Origin: Myxococcota bacterium
GTDB taxonomy: Bacteria; Myxococcota_A; SURF-8
Assembly (NCBI GenBank): GCA_963674735.2
Contig: CAXXQS010000002.1
Coordinates: forward strand, 1,600,001 to 1,664,000
Reading direction: 5' to 3'
DNA length: 64,000 bases
Shown here: one piece after another, positions 57,001 through 64,000 of the stretch
Layout of the letters: every line of letters starts with the position of its first letter
Position numbering within the stretch: position 1 is the first letter of the stretch
Program-made: the position numbers and the translations under genes
Notes under the pieces: model-generated
The model's database searches: none
What the model saw: only the letters and a program-made list of their open reading frames with translations
What the model was told of the DNA's origin: nothing

Positions 57001-60000
57001 TACGCTCGTCCCATTCGAGGTGGTTTTCAATCAAATCAAGATCCCAAATACCGAGTTTTGCCGATTCTTTCGCTAATGTAATTCTTTGATACGCCACTTT
57101 CAGTTTCTGTTCGAATCGGCGACGCTCCGTCATATCTCGCGCAATGCCGATTACCCGCTCGCCTTCATGTGTGTCAAGCACGGAGATGGTGATCTCCACC
57201 GGGTATGTCGTACCATCTTTACGCTTATGATTTGAGTCGTGGCTCATTCTACGGGTTTCAAACAACTCTCGGAAGATGGCATCAAGCGCGTCTTTCGACA
57301 CCGTCTCGGCATCGATATCCGTAATGTTCATGGAGAGCAATTCATCCCGGCTGTAGCCGCTGTCTCGACTGGCTTGAGCATTGACCTGGATGATAGCTCC
57401 CGTTTTATCACTGATGTAGATGGCGTCTGCAGCATTGTCGAGAAAAGCCTGAAGGCGCTCGTTGGTCTCTTTCAGTTCAAGGTCTTTACGTTTTCTTTCG
57501 GTAATATCTCTGGCAAAAACCGTGAACTTCTGCTGGTCTGGAAGATACGTAGTGGAGATTTCAACATCAATGATTCGACCATCTTTCCGCCTGTGACGCG
57601 CTTCGAACCGGGACGACCCGGTTTTCTTGATCTCTTCGGCATGTCGCGCTGTATCTTCGGGATCTTCATCGACATCAATATCCGTGATGGTCATTTCCAA
57701 CACTTCATCTATGGAGTAGCCGAGCATATCAGCGAAGGCCTGATTGACTTCAAGGCAATGACCTTCCGCATCCATCAGCCAGAAACCGTCCATGGTCGTT
57801 TGGATTACGGATTGCGCCTGCTGATACAGCACCTCGTATTCCTCAGCAAGTTCCCGATGCCTGATATTACTTTCCTTTAGCTTTTTCTCTGCATGCTTGC
57901 GTTCTGAAATATCCCGACCGATACTGAGAAAGCAGGATTGACCATCCCACATGATTGGCTTGACTGAAGTCTCTATAGGTAAAACGGAGCCGTCTTTTCG
58001 AAAGTGTCCCACCTCAAAAGTGGATTCACCCGTTTCCATGATCTCCCGGATTCGCGCATCAATTTTTTCCTCACTCTCCGGTACATCCAACTCGTGTAAA
58101 TTGATGGAAAAGAACTCTTCTGGCGCATAGCCGTGAAGCTCGAATGTCTTCCGGTTGGCGTAAACAAAGTTCCCTTCAGAATCATGTACCGTGATGGTAT
58201 TCGGCGCTGAATCTACCATTTCCGCCAGAACCCGATTGCGTTCCTCGGCCTCTATATGCTCGGTAATGTCCTGATGGTTCCCTATCATGCGCACGGCCTC
58301 GCCTTCCGGAGTGCGTTCAACAACGCGAGCGCTGGCCCGTATCCGACGATACTCGCCGCTCTTTGTCCGCAGGCGGAATTCGTTTTCGTAGGTATCGGAT
58401 TTTGTTTCCAGGTATTCGGAAGCCGCTGAAAGGGCGCGATCCAGATCGTCTGGGTGGATCAGCGCTTTCCAGTTTTCAAAATCGGCAGGAAACTCATCCG
58501 GTTCGTAACCGAGCATCGTGTAATATTTGGGACTGAAGGAGAGTTCGTTGGTGATGAAATTCCACTTCCATATACCGTCAGTTGTCGCGTCAACGGTAAG
58601 TTCGAGTTCTCTTTGATATTCCTGAATGCGCTTTTCAGCCCCTATCCGTTCGGAAATATCTTGTACCGTTGCAAGTATCCGGGTTGGCTGACCCTCTTCT
58701 CGTGCAATCGTCCCTTCTACATGCACGTGGATAACCACACCATCTTTCCGAACAATCCGATATTCATTGGGAGTGAGCCTGTTTTTGCCGGAAGCAACAT
58801 TTTCTTCAAGCCAGACCTGAATACGCTCCAGGTCGTCAGGATGATGAACCTCGGCATTCACTTTCGCATAGTCGAGTATTTCACCTTCGCTATATCCCAT
58901 CAGAGTTTGCATTCCAGGAGACCAGGAAACCTTTCCGGTTTCCACCTCCCACATGACATCACCCATTCTGGCGATGTATTGAGAAGCTATCAGCCGTTTT
59001 TCGCTTTCTTGAAGTGCTTCCTCGGCCAGTCTCTGCTCGCTAGTGTCCTCGTACACCGCCACGATCTGTCCGTTGGGAAGTCGATATACCGTATTCTCGA
59101 CCCACTCACGGATGCGATTGTCTTTGTAAGTTCTTAGCGGCAGATGCAGGGTTTTACCGGTGCGATAAACCTCCTGGAATATCTCGAATAAGCCGATATC
59201 CTTGATTCCAGGAAAAACCTCCGTGACCCTTTTGCCGATAATCTCATCCCGGGCAACCTTGCTGTGCTTCTCTCCCGCCGGATTGATATCAACAAAGACA
59301 AAATCTTTGCCATCATCAATCGGCTGGTAAACGGCAACGCAGCTTGCAATCGTATTGAATAAGCCATGGAAGCTACTTTCTCGTTCCGCAAGATTTTGCT
59401 CTGCTTTTCTTTGGTCTGTTGTGTCTTGCCCGTTTACGTTGACATAGATAACCTTACCGTTCTCATCGAAAATCGGCTTGTAAATTCGTGGTCCAAATTT
59501 TCGATTTCCATTGAAATCGAAAAAATAAACCTCATCGGTTACGATTTCTCCCTTTAAGGCACGCTCAAGTGATTTTCTGGAAGTCTCCTCTGCCCCTGAA
59601 TCGAAATCCCACCAGGGAGCCAGAGCAAATTCTTTGCCGATTACCTTAAATCGAGGCGTTTGTGTGACTTCAAAACACAGCTCATTGGCATCAGCGACCA
59701 TACCATTCGGGTCGATAAGCATGTTGAATTGGAAAGATTGATCGAAGGCCAATTTAAATCGCAGATCCTTTTCGCGTACTTTAAGCTCTGCTTCTTTGCG
59801 TTCCGTAATATCAACATTAGCGCCTAAATATCCGGTGATTTCCCCATTTTCATCAGTAAGGGCCACCGCCGATCCTAAAACCCAAGAAACTTTTCCTTCC
59901 GGGGTGCAAAAGCGATACTCCATATTCCAGGGTTTGTGCTGATTCGCGTGCTCATTCCAGAGCTTGAAGATTCTTTCCTTATCTTCAGAATATAAACCAT

Positions 60001-61399
60001 CCTGCCATCCGTCTCCCAAGGATTCTTCTAACGACAGACCGGCCAAGTCCCTCCATTTCTTGTTGACATAGAGACAGCGACCAGTCCGGTCTGTTTCGTA
60101 AATGGCAATGGGCGAGGATTCGGCCAGCGTCGAAAAACGCTTCTCACTTTTTCTTATAGCTTCTTCAGCGTGCTTTTTCTCGGTGATATCGTGAAGCGTT
60201 ACAAACACTTGGTAAGGCGAGTCCTCCCCTTGCCTGAACATCGGTATGGCGTTGATGATCGTCCAAACGAAATCCTGTTTTAACGGGTTGAATACAGCCA
60301 AAACCTCATTTTCTACCGATTTACCTGTCTGCAAAGCGATCACGGATGGATGTAGATCCCCAGGTACTTCGTCACCATTTTCATTCACGACTCGCCAATC
60401 TGGATGCATGGACGTGCGGCCCATAAACTGGTCGCGCGTCAGTCCCCACATGTCAAGCAAGGCCGAATTGCAGTCCGCAAGGGAGCCATCTGCAAGCTGA
60501 TAAAAAGCCCCCTGGGTCATGTTTTCAAACAACGAACGATACTTGGCTTCATTTTCCGCAAAGTCTGCTTCGGCTTTTTTTCGAGCTGAAATATCGTGTG
60601 AAATAATTTGAACGCCGGCAATTTCTGCATCAGATCGAGATATCTTCGTGTAGATGCTCAGGAACCATAGCTTCCCAATTGGTAGGTCGACGCAATCCTC
60701 ATATTCTTCCGGGCCATCAGCTTTGATTGCGGAGTTGATTCGTTTCATGTATTCAGTGCCAGCTTCTGCTGGGAAGAGATCGTTAATCGATTTGCCAATG
60801 AAATCTTGTGGCGCTCCACCCATTCGCTCTGCTGCTACTTTATTGAATGAGAGAACTGTTCCAGCAGGTGAAAAATAGCCGATGCCTATCCCCGCAGTAT
60901 CATAAAGGAGGCGAAATTTCTCTTCGCTTTCCCGTGTATTGTTTTCTGTTTGTTTTCTTTCTGTAATATCGATATGGGAGCCTCGCATGTAGCTTGGCTT
61001 TTGGTTTTTGTCGGCAAAAACGGATGCTTGAGCCAGAATCCAGCGGTAGGAACCATCCTTGTGACGGAATCTGAATTCGACCTGATAATCTTGCAGTAAC
61101 TTATCAATACAATCCTGGACTTGCTCCATGAGTAGCCCAATGTCATCCGGATGAACACGGCTCTCAAATTCTTTGAATTCATTTCCTAATTCGTCCGGCT
61201 CATAGCCAATTTGACGCTTCCATTCATCAGAGAAATCGACCTTGTTTGTCTTCAGGTTCCAGTCCCATAAACCGACCTTTCCTGCTTTTGCTGCCTGAGT
61301 TTCTCGCCAATGAGCTTCCCGCTCAATCTCTTCGATCCTTTGGCGAGCGGATTCAAGCTCCTCAATCAGCTGGGCTTTGGTTTTCTGTTGATCTGACAC
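54038..61399 (-). CDS. Giant soluble hybrid sensor histidine kinase (about 16 PAS-PAC, HisKA, HATPase, REC)
   Basis: Repeated PAS ends DITERK-like; [58 protein letters not shown]; GTG start at 61399 preferred (ORF open to 61474). Confidence 0.95.
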   Translation of the reverse strand: MSDQQKTKAQLIEELESARQRIEEIEREAHWRETQAAKAGKVGLWDWNLKTNKVDFSDEWKRQIGYEPDELGNEFKEFESRVHPDDIGLLMEQVQDCIDKLLQDYQVEFRFRHKDGSYRWILAQASVFADKNQKPSYMRGSHIDITERKQTENNTRESEEKFRLLYDTAGIGIGYFSPAGTVLSFNKVAAERMGGAPQDFIGKSINDLFPAEAGTEYMKRINSAIKADGPEEYEDCVDLPIGKLWFLSIYTKISRSDAEIAGVQIISHDISARKKAEADFAENEAKYRSLFENMTQGAFYQLADGSLADCNSALLDMWGLTRDQFMGRTSMHPDWRVVNENGDEVPGDLHPSVIALQTGKSVENEVLAVFNPLKQDFVWTIINAIPMFRQGEDSPYQVFVTLHDITEKKHAEEAIRKSEKRFSTLAESSPIAIYETDRTGRCLYVNKKWRDLAGLSLEESLGDGWQDGLYSEDKERIFKLWNEHANQHKPWNMEYRFCTPEGKVSWVLGSAVALTDENGEITGYLGANVDITERKEAELKVREKDLRFKLAFDQSFQFNMLIDPNGMVADANELCFEVTQTPRFKVIGKEFALAPWWDFDSGAEETSRKSLERALKGEIVTDEVYFFDFNGNRKFGPRIYKPIFDENGKVIYVNVNGQDTTDQRKAEQNLAERESSFHGLFNTIASCVAVYQPIDDGKDFVFVDINPAGEKHSKVARDEIIGKRVTEVFPGIKDIGLFEIFQEVYRTGKTLHLPLRTYKDNRIREWVENTVYRLPNGQIVAVYEDTSEQRLAEEALQESEKRLIASQYIARMGDVMWEVETGKVSWSPGMQTLMGYSEGEILDYAKVNAEVHHPDDLERIQVWLEENVASGKNRLTPNEYRIVRKDGVVIHVHVEGTIAREEGQPTRILATVQDISERIGAEKRIQEYQRELELTVDATTDGIWKWNFITNELSFSPKYYTMLGYEPDEFPADFENWKALIHPDDLDRALSAASEYLETKSDTYENEFRLRTKSGEYRRIRASARVVERTPEGEAVRMIGNHQDITEHIEAEERNRVLAEMVDSAPNTITVHDSEGNFVYANRKTFELHGYAPEEFFSINLHELDVPESEEKIDARIREIMETGESTFEVGHFRKDGSVLPIETSVKPIMWDGQSCFLSIGRDISERKHAEKKLKESNIRHRELAEEYEVLYQQAQSVIQTTMDGFWLMDAEGHCLEVNQAFADMLGYSIDEVLEMTITDIDVDEDPEDTARHAEEIKKTGSSRFEARHRRKDGRIIDVEISTTYLPDQQKFTVFARDITERKRKDLELKETNERLQAFLDNAADAIYISDKTGAIIQVNAQASRDSGYSRDELLSMNITDIDAETVSKDALDAIFRELFETRRMSHDSNHKRKDGTTYPVEITISVLDTHEGERVIGIARDMTERRRFEQKLKVAYQRITLAKESAKLGIWDLDLIENHLEWDERMFELYGLRPSGFGGAYETWLQGVHPDDVERASREVEDSIRTGENFESEFRVVWPDETVKYIKAYAAVVKEEKGQSVRMIGVNFDITDQKLSQKAIVESEKKYRLLADNISDVIWIRDLDLNLTYISPSIKKQSGFSVEEKLNQPLQESMTPESVALSLDRLQQYLQSERAGELDPSTAITIELDMYRSDGTTYPVESTVSFLRDDQGEAIGIIGVNREITDRKEAENALQESEERFRSLHNASFGGIAIHDKGRILECNQGMSEMTGYSLDELIGMDGLLLIAESKRELVMEKIMTGYEKPYEAIGLRKNGEEYPLRLEARNIPYKGKQVRTVEFRDITESRRAEEALRASEERLSYALTATADGLWDWNIVTGEVYFSPRYFTMLGYEPGELPSTFDTWQSLLNPDDADNAQSVVQQHIESQRESFGVEFRLKTKNGEWKWILGRGKVVERDKEDKPIRMVGTHTDISELKLAEQSLKSNLEEQSAILESSMVGIMVLHNRIITKVNSRMAEMLGFSVEEMEGKGPEQLHLSKKHFEEFGEKYYWRLGETNIVQLEYPLRHKDGHTVWCQFNGRAIAPPDLSLGAVWIIDDITERKAAEEEKARLQEQLQQSQKMESVGRLAGGVAHDFNNLLTGITGNVSLAMMDLSPGDPLLESLGEIGQAADSAASLTRQLLAFSRKQIIKPKVLDLNQLIDNMHKMLRRLIGEDLELMTIPTRDLGRIKADPGQLEQILVNLAVNARDAMPNGGKLTIETANVSFEDVRCETCSKIAHGQYVVLTVSDNGAGMDEDTRQKVFDPFFTTKKEGEGTGLGLAMVYGIVKQHDGHIEVHSEPGQGTIFRISFPAVMEKAETLTRKTKMDDLPSGSETVLLVEDERMVRNIATKILVRQGYKVHSSDSGPMALSKVKKENLEIDLLVTDIVMPGMNGRELAEELQSIIPNLKVLYTSGYTEDVIAHHGVLDEGLSFIGKPYTPQDLAKMVRKVLDG

Positions 61400-61933
61400 A
61401 ATGGCCCCCATTGCTTGATGCCATACTTCCCTGAAAATACAGCGAAAATACTTTTCCCTACTGCGATCAAACATTTTACAACGACGTTAGATAAAAGGAC
61501 AAGTAAAAGTAGGAAAACAGGGCATTAATCGGCTGCTTGTCCGGATTCGGCGTAGCGCAAAAACCGTGCCGTTGGGTAACCTTACGGGCGCTTGGAGTTA
61601 CCCCCGAAATGGCCCAAAAATGTGCCCAGTTGAAAGCCGATATAGCTTCAAAACTGCACAAACTGGGGGGTGTTGCACAATGCTCCCGCCCGCTCGCCAT
61701 CACCTCGATCTCGCCCGCAAGCTGGCGATAATTTCCCCCAAAAAAATCCTCGCATGCTCACGAACCAGGTGGATCAATATTTTTCCGCCTCTTTGAGGGC
61801 TTACACTGAGTGTAACCACCAGGGTCCCCTTTCCAACGCCATAGCCCTTCAGGCGGGCGAGGGCTTGCACACTTCTTGGGGGTAGACCACGCTTCCCAAG
61901 CAACCACCTCGCGCCAGGCTGTATTCTTTTTCG

Positions 61934-62057
61934 AGGGGGAGGCGTCTGCCTCCCCCTACGATACCCCCTCCGATCGGGGGACACCCCCGAACCCCCGGCG
62001 CCTTCGCTTTGTCTAACGCCACGCGAAGGCGCGCAAGAATCAAGAAAAAAAACCAAG
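61934..62057 (-). other. Candidate rolling-circle double-strand origin
   Basis: Three hairpins (61934-61957, 61974-61990, 61998-62032) next to minus-strand T8-CTTGATT (62038-62052), resembling the pC194/phiX174 CTTGATA nick motif, immediately downstream of rep. Confidence 0.55.
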
Positions 62058-62067
62058 CTGCCATCTT

Positions 62068-62898
62068 TCAATCCTCCTCAACCTCCGGACTCCACGCACT
62101 GCCCCACATCAGGAGCAGATTGCGATGCTGGAGGCCTTGATGGAGCTGCAACAGGTGTTCTAATGATGCCTGAGAAGGCTCCTCAGAAGGCTGTGGGCAC
62201 CTCGTAACGGCTTTCATGGCATACTTTGCAAACCCCTCTGCATTCCAAGGCTGTAAATAGCGATCTCGATGCGGAACAAACCATGCACGCGATCCGAGAA
62301 GGCCGTGCCACTGGTCATCGACCCAGAGTGGATCAAACTCATCCGTCACATCCAGAACGACATGCGAATGAACATTCCAGGCCCGTCTATCACGAGTAAG
62401 CGGCACCTCGATTGCACTGATACCACCTTGCACCATCTCCATGAAGCGCTTACGGCGCCTGAGCGTCTTCTGGGCGGTGCGGAAATCATCAAGCGTTTCC
62501 CGCAGATCCCAACGGCATTTCGACCTGAGCTCAAAAATGAAAATCTGAGGCCGTTTCATTCGTTTCAAAGCTCGGAGCACCTTCTGCGCGTTCTCCTGCG
62601 CCACACGCTCAGCACAAATTGGACAGAGGCGGCGGTTGCATTGTGTTCGTTGCGGGATGCCATTGTAGAGCTGGATGGTCCCGCACCGGCGGACCTGTGA
62701 GGCGTATGACAGCAGACCAATTTGCTCCAATTCCTGCGCCCGAATCTCCTGAACGGCATCCACATCATCACCTACAAACTCAGTGGAATAGTCTGCTCTG
62801 TACACATCTTTATTATTCCCCGTCGATCTAAAATTCGCTCCGCACAAATTTCGAGCGGCATCCATCGCTCTGGTTGCTTTCTGGTTTTGGATATCCAT
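62068..62898 (-). CDS. rep: Rolling-circle replication initiator (HUH, Rep_1/pC194-like)
   Basis: Zn finger C..CNRRLCPIC; GGISAIEV; HUH WNVHSHVVL; catalytic AKYAMK; AAGGAG RBS before ATG 62898 (alternative start 62925). Confidence 0.82.
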   Translation of the reverse strand: MDIQNQKATRAMDAARNLCGANFRSTGNNKDVYRADYSTEFVGDDVDAVQEIRAQELEQIGLLSYASQVRRCGTIQLYNGIPQRTQCNRRLCPICAERVAQENAQKVLRALKRMKRPQIFIFELRSKCRWDLRETLDDFRTAQKTLRRRKRFMEMVQGGISAIEVPLTRDRRAWNVHSHVVLDVTDEFDPLWVDDQWHGLLGSRAWFVPHRDRYLQPWNAEGFAKYAMKAVTRCPQPSEEPSQASLEHLLQLHQGLQHRNLLLMWGSAWSPEVEED

Positions 62899-62950
62899 CT
62901 CGCGCTCCTTTTTCGGAGCGGTCATGGCAGAAACACAGCAGGAAAAGTGC

Positions 62951-62979
62951 TTGAGCGAAAAGGCTCAATTCAGTATAAT
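62951..62979 (+). promoter_or_regulatory. sigma70-type promoter antisense to element genes, with overlapping palindrome
   Basis: TTGAGC-17 bp-TATAAT; inverted repeat TTGAGC-gaaaag-GCTCAA at 62951-62968. Confidence 0.55.
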
Positions 62980-63098
62980 GATTACATTCCCGCCTTGCGC
63001 TACGTCTGCCAGGACCGCAAGGTTATCACCGCCCCTGCCAGGGCGGTTTTCTCGTTCAGGCTTCCGCTTCCGTTCTCAAGGCACACCGGTCCATCGCT

Positions 63099-63233
63099 TC
63101 ATCCCCTCGCTTCTTCTTGTTCGGTGATTAAGTGCCAGAAATCACGGCGGTTCTTGGCCTCGAAAAGAGACGCCTTAAGCATCTCCATACTGTCGAGCCA
63201 GTCGTCAATCTGTTTCCAAGTCAGCGTCTCGTC
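63099..63233 (-). other. Orphan 44-codon reading frame: putative alternative integrase C-terminus rejoined on excision
   Basis: Stop-free frame DETLTWKQIDDWLDSMEML...EEARG* directly continuing ...YEQLAT encoded in the att repeat. Confidence 0.5.
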
Positions 63234-63302
63234 GGTCGCCAACTGTTCATAGCAGGCAGCATTTTCGGTTAACATACTGAAAATGCTGTTTGTTTTTTAT
63301 GG
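63234..63302 (+). repeat. attR direct repeat (69 bp)
   Basis: Identical to 50596-50664. Confidence 0.95.
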
Positions 63303-63364
63303 GTTTCTTTTCCGAAGAAGCGAGCAGCCGGGAAATCGCGGAATTTTGAACCCTGATCGACTCC

Positions 63365-64000
63365 TCACTCCGATTCCCTATTGTCGGCGTTGACGGTGAT
63401 TTGGTATTCGCCGTTTACGTCGACATCCAAGCGCCAGCCCCCCGTTACGCGTTGTGCTGTAACTTTTTCAATGCCGATGCCGGTTACCTGGGGGTCGGGT
63501 TCCGATTCCGATTGGGATGGAAACCAGATATCCGCCGTCGAAATACGATCCGTAGAGCCGGCGACGACCAGATTCCCCTCACAGGCGTCTTCTCCAATTG
63601 AAATCAAAAGCCCGGGAACGGCTCTGGGGTAGGCGCGTTCCATGCAACGTGTCGGCGGTTTTGAGTAGCGTCTGGTGTATTCCTCGTCGTCGCACCTTTC
63701 TAGCTGTTGGGTGAGCCAATCCGGAGTGGGGGGGTGTTGTGCGTCATGTGGGTCGCCGCAACGCTGTTCCCATTGCCACCAGGCACTGCCCGCCCCGGGA
63801 TAGTGGTCTTCTCCGGCGGCGAAACGTGCCATCCAGGCTTCATCTTTTTCCTGGTCGGAGAAGGTGCCGTATTCCCCGATCCAGATGCTGACGCCGCCGT
63901 ATTGCTCCCCCAACAAGGCGTAAAGGCCGAAGGATCTGTCGAGCAGGCCTTCTCCTTGCACGATGGACTCCATGTAATTGTGTGGGGCGAAAACCAGGTT
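63365..64000 (-). CDS. C-terminal part of a second GH5 endoglycoceramidase-like hydrolase (5' end outside window)
   Basis: Open to window end; VFAPHNY, nucleophile WIGEYG, WWQW, RAYPRAVPG. Confidence 0.75.
   Translation of the reverse strand, partial: NLVFAPHNYMESIVQGEGLLDRSFGLYALLGEQYGGVSIWIGEYGTFSDQEKDEAWMARFAAGEDHYPGAGSAWWQWEQRCGDPHDAQHPPTPDWLTQQLERCDDEEYTRRYSKPPTRCMERAYPRAVPGLLISIGEDACEGNLVVAGSTDRISTADIWFPSQSESEPDPQVTGIGIEKVTAQRVTGGWRLDVDVNGEYQITVNADNRESE

Larger units (their letters stand above)
50596..63302. mobile_element. 12.7-kb integrative element (serine integrase + rolling-circle Rep) at tRNA-Glu 3' end
   Basis: 69-bp perfect direct repeats starting in tRNA 3' end; integrase at left end, HUH Rep at right end; all genes on minus strand; cargo visibly more AT-rich. 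Confidence 0.92.

Noticed and set aside
61476-62071. Short ORFs between the kinase and rep
   Set aside because: No motifs; the region is better explained as a structured non-coding origin/promoter
50596-63302. Prophage (including filamentous) or ICE
   Set aside because: No capsid, Zot/pI ATPase, terminase, T4SS or coupling-protein genes visible

Overview
GC-rich bacterial chromosome segment. Its style is Deltaproteobacteria/Myxococcota-like (DGD-repeat and Cys-rich lipoproteins, split nuo genes); this taxonomy is inference. Bases 1-50.4 kb are mostly core and envelope genes: a DUF4159/VWA-GATase pair, purC, a truncated complex I operon nuoABCDHI, an ABC exporter, an ADP-forming acyl-CoA synthetase, two metallophosphoesterases, a TrmH methylase, a GH5 endoglycoceramidase-like/OM-barrel/Na+-symporter locus, a fadD-like ligase, an unusual lrp-panB-unknown-aminotransferase operon, hsp20-lon-larB, and an LPP20/LpoB/TPR lipoprotein operon ending in rodA. 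tRNA-Lys(UUU) and tRNA-Glu(UUC) follow. A 12.7-kb integrative element sits at the tRNA-Glu 3' end, bounded by perfect 69-bp direct repeats (50596-50664 and 63234-63302). It carries a large serine recombinase, an excisionase-like HTH, a sigma-like protein, a soluble hybrid histidine kinase with about 16 PAS domains, and a rolling-circle HUH Rep with a candidate origin; no conjugation or capsid genes are visible. The att repeat lies inside the integrase 3' end. A one-base frame shift there would give the integrase one C-terminus when integrated (antisense tRNA) and a different 44-aa C-terminus, stored at the far end of the element, when excised. All functional calls come from motif recognition only; no searches were run.
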